NCBI RefSeq assembly: GCF_009914755.1
Contig: NC_060942.1
DNA length: 64,000 nt
DNA from: the human T2T-CHM13v2.0 reference genome, Homo sapiens
Strand: one strand, 5' to 3'
The notes beneath the pieces were generated by a model. The model was given only the letters and a program-made list of their open reading frames with translations, was not told the origin of the DNA and searched no databases. This document shows, piece by piece, positions 9,796-24,953 of this stretch. Positions within the stretch are counted from its first letter, which is position 1; every line of letters starts with the position of its first letter. The position numbers were made by a program, and so were the translations under genes.

Positions 9796-12700
9796 TTTGA
9801 TGAAAAGCATGGGCCAAGTTTGTCCATTTCTTAAACGGTTCTAGTGTAGCTGTCCTGTCTATAATTCCCAGCAGCTGTCTCAGAACGCCAGCCAGATTGT
9901 GCCATTTGGGCAATTTGAAACTACATCCTTTTCCAAAGCAAACTAGAAGCAGAAGTTCTATTAACTCAGCATGTGGTCTTGTGGAATGATAATACATGAG
10001 AGCAAGCGTTACGTGTCAGAGCTAGTATTTCACCTTAAGGTTGCCAATTAGATTCACGTTGTTCCAAGTTTGCATTTTTGGTGACTGCCCTGCACTCTGT
10101 CTATGGGAGCCTTGGTACCATTGTTCCTCTGCTGCAGGACCCCCTGGCCCCCTGCAACCCAATCACAAGAGAATAGCTTAATTCCTTGGTTCCCAGTAAA
10201 AAAGCAATCAAAAAGAGGTTCCTGTATTTACAAAGAGCCAGAGGACACCATTAATCATAAGTCTGATAACAGAAATAATCAGGCCCAAGTTATTAACCTT
10301 TGACTCACTAACTAATGATCAATACTTCCTTTCAAGCCAAGAAGCAAGATCATATTGTTCTACCTCTGAAGAAAGCACTCTCTCTTTCAAGAATACCCTT
10401 TCCTTTAAATTGCTTACACATTTGTAACCTATTTGTGGAGCAATGACCAGAATGGCCCTAGAAAGCGTGGACTTTTGTATCTGCGTTATTTTTTAGCTCT
10501 TGGTGGCATAGGTTCAATTCAAAGCAAACCATTCTTTTTTATTTTCCAGACCCCCACTACACCTGAGTTTATATGTTTTTAAGGTTTTTTTTTTCTAGCC
10601 TTTTCCCAGTAAAATAGAATATAGTATCTTTCTATTTGGTCATTTTTTCCACTATTATATCCCTAGAGCAGTATCTGGTACATTGTAGTAGCCCAATAAA
10701 TATTTGTTGAGTAAATTAATGAATTCCTGCCAAGATTACAAAATAGCCAAGATAAAATGGTGGGATTTTTAACTGCCAACCTCAACCTGTTTGCACCTCC
10801 ATGGCCAGCAACGTGTTAGGCATTTGGGTTACAGAGATAAACGGGACATAGTCCCTGCCCCAAGAATGTGGCCCTTTACCTTTCAAACCAGCAAGACTTT
10901 GAGAAAAAAAGAGGAAATAAGTGACAATATTTCTACATCAAGGGGCTTCAGATGTAAATCTGGATTTTTAGCTAACCATTTAAAAAAAAAATTGAAGGAC
11001 CCAGCAGCTCAGGCCTGCCCTGCTGCCTGCCATCCCTAGCTGAAGCTGAGCTGCTCCATCATGGGGGCTGCTGTGCTTGTTTGCCACACTCTCCCTGTTT
11101 CCCTTCAACACTGAGGCAGTTTCTTTTAGGGCTGCTCATTTTATTTTATTTTACTTATTTTATTTTGTTTTCGTAAAGTGAGTAGCCAGTGAAATGTACT
11201 TGTCAGTTCCTCAGGCTTGAGGTCAGATTGGCAGACCTTGACTCTACACCAATTACTACAATGTGGCCTTGGGCAATTTACTTCCGCTGCTTAGGATATT
11301 GACTAACGCAGAGGAAGCACCAGATATATTAGCTGTATCCCTACGGTTATCACTTTTAATCAGGTGTTGTTGCTGTAAAGAGGAGAGTCAAACTTTTGGT
11401 ACTTGCATCACTATCAGAAGCGGACAAACAAAATAAGGTCAAGAAAGCCTTGTTTGTCAAGAAAAAAAAAGGGGGCCATTTAAAACTCAAATCTCTGAGT
11501 TTTATAGCTCCAATCTTGCAACCGAAGAATCAAAGGGATCACTCATTCTTACCTCATTTTATAAAATAGTTAAAACTATGTATGGAGCATAATAAGTGAA
11601 ACCACCTGAAGTCACATAAATGCACTGGCCTTTAGAGGGAGTTGTGGGTACCTAAAAGATTCTAGGTTGCGATATATTGACAGTAAGGAATCCTCAGATT
11701 TAAGTTCTTTTTTTAAAATCAGTATTCAGAATGTATAAATTAATATGTTTATTTTTAATATATAGATTATCCTTTGTCCATCTTGTCCTGTTCTGTTTTT
11801 GCTCTTTAAATTTGCATGGGGCAGTCTGCTGTGGCATTTAAAATACTGTTATACATATTTCCTTTTGAGCTTTTGGGATTCCTTCCCACACCCCCCGTTT
11901 CTTTAAGAGTTATTTCTTTTTTTATATATAATTTCTATCACCATATTTCTTGATTCTAATAGAGTGTGAGGATGGATAGACTTGCTTGTTAATTCTCATA
12001 ATTAATTCTATTTTCTCATACTACTTTTATCTTTCAAAGTTTTCTTAGGAATTAATTTCAAGGACTCCACAAAGTCTCTTTTGGCTATTACTTTTCAGTA
12101 GCATGGCATACTTGTAACATGAATTTTAATTTGTTTCTTTGGAGCTAAAAGGCAAGAAAACCATCAAGATACAACATCTTTCTGTCCCTAATAGGCATAC
12201 AAACTTTTAAGTAGTTTAAAGCAAGAGCATAATTCTCTCAGAGGAAGTTTTAGCAAACATATTTCATTCTCACTTATTTTCCATTTTGGTCAACTGATTT
12301 GATATTACAACAACAAAAAAAAAACATTCTCAGCTTGTGTTTCTGGACAGTTTAGACTTATTCCTAATGAGGAACACCAATTACCTTCTGTGTTTAGCAC
12401 CTTTATGTGCTTAACAGTGGCAGGGAGTCCTAGTTGGTGTCTACAGTGCATTTCTAGATCATGGGGGATTCCAACCACTGCGAAATTTATTCATGCAGCA
12501 AAGAGACTCACAAGTCATAAGTATTTGTTGGGAGGAAGAGAACTAATTCTTTATTTCACAAAATTGTATATCCACATCCTATTGTAAAGGAAGAAAGAGA
12601 ATAAACTAACTATAAATTATCAGTTCTGTTAAATGGTTGAAATTAGAATCATGATTTTTAGAGAGGCTAAGCTTCTATTCAGAATCCAGAGTGAGACTAT

Positions 12701-13627
12701 TGACAAACATACAAAATAATTTCACTGATAAAATGAAACGTAGCTGAGGATAAAGCTAGATTTTGTTTTTCAAGGGTTTCCTGAGTATATACAAATAATG
12801 AAGTACAATGTTTTTTTTGTGAAGGTATAGTAGAAAATGGCCATGATTATTTCTGATATTTATCTAGTTATACCATAAACTTCCCGAGAGAGGACAAAAA
12901 TAGAGGAGGGAAACAGCCAACTCTTCCTCGAAAACAAATATAGAAGCTAACCAAGGTTATCCTAGGAATTCTAATTCTACAGCAATGTTTAAACTTCTGT
13001 GAGGGGGCTATTGTTTCTTAACTATTCTTAATAATAAGATAATTTGATTAAAATGGAATGGATGATTAGAAAGTAAATATTTTATATTGAGGAAAAACTA
13101 AATTTAGCAACTTTTAGTGATAGATTTATTGGTACTTTCCTGGACTGAAATTAATTAATTAAGAAAACATTTACTTCCAGGTGCTAACTCTTACTAAGCA
13201 TTTATGTAGGCCCGTATGAGCTTATGTACACATGCACAGGGACACCATATTCTGGGGGATACTAGGTATACTTTCTTGAGAGGATTCAAAAATAGTAATG
13301 GAAATAAGATTCTTAGTAGACAATAGGTATTTATAGGTCATTCTTTATGTTATGGTTGAAATCAGAGTTGGTGTCTCTGGTTTCTTTTTACAGTGGGATC
13401 CCTGCTGAGCGTAGATTCCTCCATATGCAGAGCTGTTGGAAAACATCTGGTACATTTCCTTTGATGGTATCATATGGCTAAATATTTGGCCAGTTGCTCT
13501 ATCCATTTTTAAGCTGCTCACTTCTCCCTGATCATTAATCTCTAATGTATGCACAAAAGTTTAGGGAATTTAGAGTATTGTAGAATCGCCTTATGTAGAT
13601 GAAGATGGTGACTAAAAAGTCATAACT

Positions 13628-14670
13628 TTTAACTTTCTATTTTGATGTAATTTTGGGCTTAAGAAACTTGCAAAAGTAGTCCAGAAAGTTTCTGCTTCTG
13701 CGTAACCTTTACCCAGATTCCCCAAATGTTAACATCTTGCAAAACCAGAATACCATTTGTGAAAACTAAACAAAGTAAAACTGGTACAATACTGTAAACT
13801 AAACTACGACCTATGTTTTGATTTCACCAGTTTTCCAATAAAATCGGAATTTTCCTGTTGTAGAATTGAATGTGGGACTCCACACTGAATTTTGTTGTAT
13901 CTCCCGAGTCTCCTGCAATCTGACAGACTGTCCTTGTCTTTCATGACATTTTTTGAGAACTGGTTGGTGATTTATAGGAAGTCCTTCAAATTGGGTTGGT
14001 CTGATGTTTTCTCATGATTAAATTAAGGTTATGCTGTTTTTTTTTTTTTTTTTGAGCCAAGGTCTTGCACTGTCATCCAGGCTGGAGTGTAGTGGTCTGA
14101 TTATGGCTCACTGTAGCCTCGACCTCCTGGACCTAAGCAATCCTCCCATCTCAGCCTCCTGAGTCGCTGAGGCTACAGGCACATGCCACCATGCCTGACT
14201 AATTTTTGTATTTTTTGTGGAGATGGAGTTTTGCCGTGTTGCCCAGGCTGGTCTCAAACTTCTGGGCTCAAGTGATCTGCCCACCTTGGCATCCCAAATT
14301 GCTGGGATTACAGATGTGAGCCTTCAGCCTGACCAAGCTTATGCATTTTCGATGAGAAATCTGTGGAAGTAATATTGGGTCCCTCTGAGGGCATCATACA
14401 GCGGGTATGCGACGTTGACATCTTACTAACGTTGGTGTTAGGTTTGATCTTCGGGATAAGGTGGTGTCTGCCAGATTTCTGTACTATAAAGTTACGATTT
14501 TCCTCTTTTTAATTAATAGCTACCTTTGGAGAGATACTTTGAGACTGTGGAAATATCCTTTTTCTCCTTAAACTTTTAGCATTTATCTGTGGATCTTGTC
14601 ACTACAATTCACTAATGTGGTCTTCTAAAGGTGACTTTCTATTTCTCTCATTTCTTCTACATTTGACTCA
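13628..14670 (-). mobile_element. Old L1 3' region (L1MC4/5-like), interrupted by an AluJ
   Basis: Typical reverse L1MC 3'UTR motifs: cccagattccccaaatgttaacatctt, ggtctgatgttttctcatgatta, gagatactttgagact. Confidence 0.65.
14037..14334 (-). mobile_element. AluJ
   Basis: Reverse Alu with T16 tail and J-type diagnostics, inserted in the L1MC fragment. Confidence 0.92.
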
Positions 14671-14938
14671 TTTTACATACTATGAAATAGACGTCTAGTA
14701 GTCTTGCTGATTTTGTTTTTACCTCATTAGCTTTTAAAAGGTCAGCCAAATATAAATAGTCATCAACAGTCATTTAATCTACTCTTTTTTTTTTTCAGTT
14801 TTGACACAAAGTATAAAAAATGTTTTAATTTTACCTGGTCTGACTTTATGAAAGCTCTAAAGATAGATTTTCTAATTTTTAAATTTCTGTGATTTTTTGG
14901 AAGCAAATGTTTATTAATAGGCTCAAAGGAAAAAAATC

Positions 14939-15248
<310 letters not shown>

Positions 15249-16746
15249 CAGAAAGTTGCTAAATTAAATGCTGTGTTAAGAGAGTGTAGTTGTTCTTAAA
15301 TCCCACTTTGCCTAGAGAGTATTACTGAAACTATCTTTTATTCTTTGAGAATTATCTTTGTACCTGATGGAAAACATTTTCCTCTTACCAGTGTTCCGGA
15401 GATGTTATCTGAACATCTGCAAATGTATTTTAACTAAAGTAAACATTCTAATTTGCATGTAATCAGAATTTTTTCTCTAAACAATTTTGTTTCTGAGGTA
15501 ATTGCCATGTTCTTATTTCTCAACCATATGGTCTCTAGATATCAGTTCTAGCCAAGAATAAAAGTAAAATGTTATATAGCAAAGCAGAAGAGGTAAATGG
15601 AATGTTTTTCAGAAGAAAATTTTGGAAATAAATTCTATCTGTTTAAGCAATACACTTTGCTTTGTTTTTAAGCCTCTTTGGATGAAAATAAAGTCAGGCA
15701 TACCCTTAAATAGTGTTAGAAATTAACCTTTTCTTAATGACTGTTATCATTAAGACAGCATAACTGCATGTGTTTACTAAAGTAAAGGTACCTATTGAGA
15801 TGTGTAAGTTTGCTTGCTTTACTAATAAATAGTCTATATTGGTATATTGTTTTATTTCCTAAAAATTGAAATTATTACTTATTTCTTCAGGCAGCTCTGA
15901 AAGTCTTTAGCAGTACTTTTATTTCTAATATTGTTACTTTTAACATGCTTTGTAATTTACTTTTGATTAGATAATCAGCTTGTTACAACTATGTAAAGGC
16001 AATGCTGTTTAAAGGACTAAAGTGTATACTCTTGTTGAAGAATTTGATAGCATTTATTTTGGTTTCTTTGAGAGTCCTTTTTAGCTTGTTTGCTTTTTGT
16101 CTCTTGCTGTGCTCTGATTATTGAGTTAGTGAGTTTTTCATAATGTATCATTCTTTATCATATGAAGTTTCATACATTATTTCTTTGTGATTACTCTAGG
16201 CTGTGCATCAAAACAAAATACTAAAGTGTACAAAAACTTCAAGTTGCATTAGTCTCTAAAGTGGGAAATAAAAAAAGTAGATTGTTTTTCTATATATGCG
16301 TCTTCTTAAATATCTGGGGTTTATGACACATTCTTTGAGTATCAAATGTGTTATGTCACTCTTCAATGAATGAATAATATAGATAAACTGTCCATTTGAC
16401 AGGCAGTTAGTGCCATGTAATTCCAAGGGTGGGAGAACATATACTAAGTATCCCTTAGAAAACCAGCTGCCTGTGTCATGTTATTCTGAAAAGCTAATTA
16501 AATCTATGCATTCCTTTTCTGATCCCTTAGTTGAATAGATGATGACTGCATACAAACACACAATACAAAGGACAGGAAGGAGAAACTGGAAACCAAGGAC
16601 AAAAGTAGTAGGTAGTGTTTCTTGAACTGTCAAACACTTGAGATTTATTTGTGCTATTTTAGCAATTATAAGTTTGGGTACTGATTATCTTTTATGTACC
16701 AAAGATAAATCTTTGTATCTTTGTTAAACTTTGTGGTTAGCCACAA

Positions 16747-16870
16747 ATTTACTTATATACATTTATATATTTACTTATATACATTTATACTTTACTTATA
16801 ATTTACTTATATACATTTACTTATACTTTATACATTTACTTACATAAAATTTACTTATATACATTTATAA
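16747..16870. repeat. AT-rich degenerate minisatellite (TTTACTTATATACA-like units)
   Basis: About 7 imperfect copies of atttacttatatac. Confidence 0.85.
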
Positions 16871-17439
16871 TGTACAGGGAAAAGAATCCCTTTGAAATTT
16901 CCTATTGAGTATTCATTTATGAAAATCAATTTAGAAAACACTGATCAATGCATTTGCCTTAAAAAGAAACCACTTATTAGTGTATTTACCTTTATACAAA
17001 GGCCCATCAATTATTTTAGGTTTTTGAAGATCAGTAGAGAAATCTGACAGTGGCTAGAAAAAATTCTCAACATCCTAAATGACATTATAACCCATACTGT
17101 GATATTGGATTTATTTCTTTTCTCTCCACTTTTCCTCTCACCCTCACTACAACACAAAAATTTATGTAGTAGCCAAAGTTACATGTCAGTGGTTGGGAGT
17201 AAATCTATATTTAAGTGGCAAGAGATAAAAAGCAGAAGAGAGAGAGAGAGAATAAATAAACGCAGTCAAAGAAGTGAGGACTAAATTTCTCTGAAGGTTT
17301 CCTCGACAACTGTAGCCAGAAGGGTTCTGACCTACCGTAACAAGCTGCCATCTACCACCATAATGCTCATTTGGTAATCAGTCATGCCCTAATCATGCCC
17401 TGTGGTCCTGCGATGTTGATTCTTTAAAAATAAGTCCTA

Positions 17440-17630
17440 GCTTTAATCAGAGCTTACAAATGAGGCAAGCACTATACTAAAAGCTTGACATACATTACCC
17501 CAGTTATTCTTTAAAACTGTTTTGTGACACAGGAAGAAACTGAAGCACAGAGAAGTAACCCAAGATCACACAGCAAGGAGAGCCAAGATTCCAACCCGGT
17601 CTCCTCTAGAACTGGTGCTTTTAACCTGTT
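17440..17630 (-). mobile_element. MIR
   Basis: aggaagaaactgaagcacagagaagtaacccaagatcacacagc. Confidence 0.65.
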
Positions 17631-18108
17631 ATTTAAATCTTGTAACATTATTAATATATTATGGATTTATTGTTTCTCTGCCTCAATTTGATTATTGAGA
17701 GCAGGGACAATACCGGTATAGTATTAGCAACCAGCAAGAGCAACTTCTGCATAGTAGTGGTTATAAATATTCAGTGTTGATTTAGTCTTACATTTTGCAA
17801 ACATTTCTATTCTGTTTTAATGGAATAAGCATAGAAGTGGGTATGAATGGATATATGAAATTGATTTAAATATAATAATATATTTGAGAACTCTTGTTAT
17901 CACTTGAAGGAAGTTCAATAATAGGATTTTTTTCATTTATATTCTTACCCTTCACATAGTCTGAAATATATTTCATATATATATTAAGAATATATATATA
18001 AACATATATTCTTACCCTTCACATGGTCTGAAATACTTATTTAAGACTATATTTAACAGTATTTAAAACTAGACAAAATGTTCTAGAGCAGACATTCAAA
18101 TTGACTAA

Positions 18109-18112
<4 letters not shown>

Positions 18113-18138
<26 letters not shown>
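18113..18138. repeat. (TC)13 microsatellite
   Basis: Directly visible. Confidence 0.95.
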
Positions 18139-18145
<7 letters not shown>

Positions 18146-18322
18146 CAGAAGGAGGGCAGGTTTTAATCCTTTAATCTTTAGGTTTATGTTCTTAGTAACT
18201 AGATCTTATAATTTTTCACTTTAGTTTTATTAATTGCTTTTTTAACAACTAAAATATATTTCTATAGTTAAAAACATTTTTTTGTTTCATTCCTTGCAGT
18301 ATGATTTATACCATAAGAATTC

Positions 18323-18619
<297 letters not shown>

Positions 18620-20379
18620 TTACCGTAAGAATTCATAATGAACATTGAGAAACCACACTTCATGAGAATTAATGAATTCTTCCTCTATTCTCTCCCAATT
18701 TTCAGTCAAGTTTTCACCTTGTTTTGAGTTGAAGGCAACCAGGGTACCAAGTCAGGTCCTAGACTATGACATTGTAGAGATCAGTTCTGTTCTAAATCGT
18801 GCTCAAAAATTTAGGCTGTGGAAACTCAGACTCCTGAGCCATCCCTAGTCTCCTGTAAGCCTGAGTACAGCCCTTGTCCCTCAGTGACCTTGGAGCCATG
18901 GATGATGCCAACCTCAGATGAGCCTCAGACATTTCCATTTAGAAAACGAATCCTAGGCCCATCTTAGTCTGGACCTGAATCCTCTGCAGAGGTCAGAATC
19001 ATAATGGCCCTCAGGCTCTGGGCCCTTGTGTTAATTTTTCAAGCTATTCATTTTAATAAACTTTAGTTCTTAGGACACCAGAACTATAGAGATAGGACAA
19101 TCATTTTCATTATATGATAAATGGTAGTCTGGACTTTTCTGCTAACTGCCATGTTTTAGGAGTGTCTTCTCATTATTTTTAACCAGCTAAGGAGCTCAGA
19201 GTATGTTGCTAATGAGAACAAAGTTTCATGAAGACCAGTCATGAGTAAGGATAGCCAGGAACAATGTCTGTGCTACAACTGGAAAGCAAAGTATGGAAAA
19301 GTGTCTTGCCTAGAGCCTTACAGGGAATTACCAACCTGTCGAGCCTGGTTTGATCACCTGCTTCCCATTACCACAGCGTTCACTCAGGCCCACAATGTGG
19401 GCTACTGGGTTCGGGGAAGCAGGAAGGCCAACAGCAAGGAAAACATGGAAGAGGGGAGAACTGGCTCCCTGACTGGGTATGGAGCTAGAGAAAAGGTGGT
19501 GTCGATTATGAGAATGGCATTTCCTTAGCTTCCTTTCAAACACTATTACAACCACCCTTGCACATTATCTTAGTGAGTGTAAGTTGGAGTCTTGAAAACA
19601 TATTTGCTGTGACTTTTCATTAGCATCTTAAAAAAAAATTACTGACCTCAACAGAGTAAGCAATTAATGAGGGAAAGAGCTGACTGTAAGTTTCCACAGA
19701 TTCTGTTTTGAAAAACAGAGGATGCCTGGCCCTGTGATTTTTAACATACCACAACTTAACTCCTCTCCCTCCTCATTTATAAGGCTCTGTGATTACAAGG
19801 TCGACTTGGCAACTATTTTCATAAAATCTGAATTGTGCTGAGTTGCAGAAAGCTGCAGGCTAGAGGACTCCCACCTCTTCCAGCTTCTGGAGGCATGGAA
19901 TTGGAAAAAGCAGGCCAGGCTCTGCATGTCTAAAGCTGTGTCATCCTTCATGAGGCAATGATCCCACACCAGCTAAAATAACATGAGTCATTGCTTATAA
20001 GAAGCCCAAGTGAAGCTGATTTCGATTATAACAATCCTAAACAAACATGATACTCCTCTTATCCAGATGATAAAAAAAGTTCTCATTGTGGGAGTTAAGA
20101 AAAAAAATAGCACCAATTCTCTTTAGAGTTCAAGGAAGTGCTTTGCCATTTAGCGGACTTTTGAAGTTTATCTTAAACAGGAATTCATCATTTAGCCAAA
20201 TCTTACTCTAGGTTATTCTTGCTTTTGTCTCTTTTACTCCCCTACCCCCAACCCTGCCCACATCCAGTTTGGCTCATTAGTATTTTACTCTGGTTTGAAA
20301 GCTATTGAATCAAAATCCATAAAATCAAAACTGTAATCTTGTAGCTCTTTGCTTTTATTCTTTTCCAGGATCCCCCAAT

Positions 20380-21600
<1,221 letters not shown>

Positions 21601-23939
21601 CCGACGAGGGGAGCATTAAAAAATGTACCCAAAAGAACTAAAATTCTGATCAAAGTCGAGAAAGAAATCTAGCATTTTTAAAATGCAGAACTTAAAAACC
21701 CATTTCTTTTCTTACTTAAAATCCTTTGATAATACGTTTTTGCTTATAGGATAAAGCTTTATTCTTAGCCTCAAAATAATATGGAAGCATTTCTAGAACA
21801 AGAATATTGTCTATTTTCTTCATTACTGGATCCTTAACTACCTTCCCCTCTCCCTCATCAGACGGCCTGGCACTTAGAAGAGTCTTAACAAATGGTTAAC
21901 TGTGGAGGCTGAAATGTGGAAATGTGATTTCTCCTTTGTTGGAAACTACCAGGGAAGTCTTCCAAAATCTGAGCATCCCTTCCTTTACAAAGTCTTCCCT
22001 GAGAGAGAAAATACACTAAATTAACCTTTATTCATAGGATAGTATATACTATTGATAACATGCATAGAAATAAGAATAATAAAAAATCAAACTGGCAACA
22101 ATTGTAAATAATCATAGCTTCATACATAAAACTGAGTGCAGCATGGATAGATAATTAATAGAAAGTAAATATATCCCCCAGTGTTTTAAAAGATTAAATT
22201 TTACTTGAGTCATTTCACTCATTAAAACAAGAAGAATTTAAGCTCTGACTCTTGAAATAAAAAGTGAAATTGAACAAATGTTTATTGAACCTCTCTATGC
22301 CATATGTGATATTGGATGCTGGGGCTACAAAAATGGTTAATAGCTGGTCCTTAAGTGAGAAATGTATTCATGATTAATTTCAGCTGCATCCAGAGTTCCA
22401 CTCCTTGAGGACAGAAACTGTCTCTTATCTCTGTATCCTTAGCATTTTAGCCTACTGGCCCAGAATTGACACTCAGTATGTGAATGGTTCAATGAATGAA
22501 TGATTGAAAAAAAAAGCATAAGATACTCTGGGAAAGCAGAGAAGATGTAACTAACGTTTAGGGCTCGGGTTGGTGAGAGAAGGGTTAACAAAAACTTCTT
22601 GGAGGAGTCGATAGCTCAATTAAATCTAAAGAGTGAGCATGAGTTAGTAGGGGGGATTTTAAGAGTTGGAAGAGTGTTTTTGGCCAAAGAACCAGCGTAA
22701 GGAAGAGGCGTTGCAGCATGTAACCACAGATGCTGGTATTGCTGATACCCTGAAATATGAGATGAGGGTGGGAGAGTAGAGACCATTTAATGTGCACTTT
22801 GAGTAAAATGATTAGGGTCAGACTGTACTCAGTGACATACCCAATTTCTTCATCTGGATTATGAGGGGCTCCATTAGTTGACCTCAAGGGTCTTTTCTCA
22901 TGCTTAGATTCTATTTTTCCCTATTATTAAGTTGGAAGTGAGGGTAATGAGATAATCCTAGATTTTTAACTAAAACACATTTTTAGACCTGTGCTAATTT
23001 TATGATAACACCTTTCTCCCCTCTCATTGAACTGTACTTATTTAATTGATCTCTCAGGTACTTTTGCTGTCTGTACAGTAGCATGAAATTGTTACCTAAT
23101 TTTAGTTCATTCAATTACTCAAAGTGGAGCTTGGTTTATTTCAACTAAGCTACCTAAGTCCAGATAATATATTAGTAAGATGCTTGTGTTTAAGGTTTTC
23201 TTTGAAAAATGTAGCCTGTCCAATAAGCTGAACTGATTTTTGTTTTTCAGATGATTGTGAATTGGCAACTTAATTAATAGGAATTTTAGGTAGTGTTTAA
23301 GAATGCTATGGCACTTTATTTTATTTATGTTTTTCAAAGTTAAAGAGAGTATTCACGAAAAACTTCTTTTTTGAAAGATAAATTTTATTAATATTTTATG
23401 TGCTAGATTTAATAATTTCATTTATACTTAATTTAATTATATTTAATTTAACTATGTTTATATTTCATTTAATTAAAATACTTTATACTCTTTTTGGCAC
23501 AAAATTAGAAAAATTTAATAGAATTTAAATTAAAGTGGAGAGTTCCAAGAAACATGGGAGCATATTGTTGAATATTTTCCTTGTGTTTTTAATAATTCAA
23601 TAAAACACACACACATACATTTTAAGAGGAAAAATCTATTTCACTTTTTTTCCTCATTTTCTGCTTTTGAGTGTCCTCTGACATGCTAGGCCCTAAAACT
23701 GATATCTGATGACATATTGCAAGAATGTGCCTGGGAAGAAAATGGGCTTAGAGGCTTGACAGGAATTTCCTTCCACCAAGGAACATTTCTTCACCTTTTT
23801 TTCTCTCTTCTTCACCTTTCTATCTTCACTTCATCTTCTTATCCATTACCATGGAGGGAAAATTATATAATGGTCATGAATCTAAAGACCTCCAGGATTT
23901 CTGAAGCCATACCCACAAACAAATAAAAATAAATGCTTT

Positions 23940-24240
23940 ATTTAGTGATGTCAGTTTAAAAATCGAGGTATACTTCCTCTACAGTAAAGTGCACTGTTAA
24001 ATATTCAGTTCCATGATTTTTGACCCATGTAACTACCATCCAAAACAAGATATATAACATCTCCCTCGCCCCAGACATTTTCTTCATGCACTTTGTTCCT
24101 TCAATTACTCCTTCCAGGCAACCCGTTTCTGACTTCTGTCACCACAGATTAGCATTGCCTGTTCGTGCAAGCCATCACAGCATGTATGATTTGTGTCTGG
24201 CTCCTTCGCTCATCATAATGGTTTCTGAGGTTCACACACA
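23940..24240 (-). mobile_element. Old L1 (L1ME-like) 3' fragment
   Basis: cagtaaagtgcact...cccatgtaactaccatccaaaacaagatatataacatctcc. Confidence 0.55.
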
Positions 24241-24742
24241 TCATTTCATAGAAGCCTGAAAGTGCCAATAATGTGTACAGACCATTTAGTGGTTTTATCC
24301 TATTATTGTACCCAATTGTCATCCAGCTGTCTGGCAGCTGTTGGCTGTTGGGTTAAGAGGGGCTGGGCAAGGAAGCAGGTTTAGAGTAAAACCTATCACA
24401 CTGTGAGAAAACCGAACTCAAGATTCTACTCCCAGGACACTGCATCTGGAGACTCATTTCTCCATTGTAGACCCAGCCAAGATTGGGATGTAAGCAAGTT
24501 TATTTTTGCGCCTGATCAATTTACTTTGGCTTCCTGGAGCCCTTCTATTTTCCCTGTAGTGATCCACGAAGGGATCATTTTGTTCTACCAAGGAACAGTC
24601 TTCTCAGCATTTAAGGTGTTTTACCTTCCCAAAGCATATATACATTTCTTTAAACCTCTAATAGTGAGACTCCAGGTCTCATTCAGAGAACGGAATGTTC
24701 TTTAGGCAGGAAGTCACACACCTCAGTGCACATAATTTAGAC

Positions 24743-24953
24743 CAGGGGTTGGCACAGTTTTTCTGCGAAGGGTCAATATTTTAGGCTTTGCTGGTTGTAT
24801 TTTCTCTGTGGGAACTCTACTGTTGTTATCGAGAAAGCAACCATAAACATTACATGAACCAATAGGGTTGATTGTGTTCTGATAAAACTTTATTTAGAGA
24901 AACAGGTAGTAGCCTGGATTTGGCCTGTGGGCCATAATAGTATCTGACTCCTG
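24743..24953 (+). mobile_element. MER58A (hAT-Charlie MITE)
   Basis: Termini caggggttggca...tgactcctg, internal ataaaactttattt, and an 8-bp hAT-type TSD atttagac/ttttagac. Confidence 0.85.
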
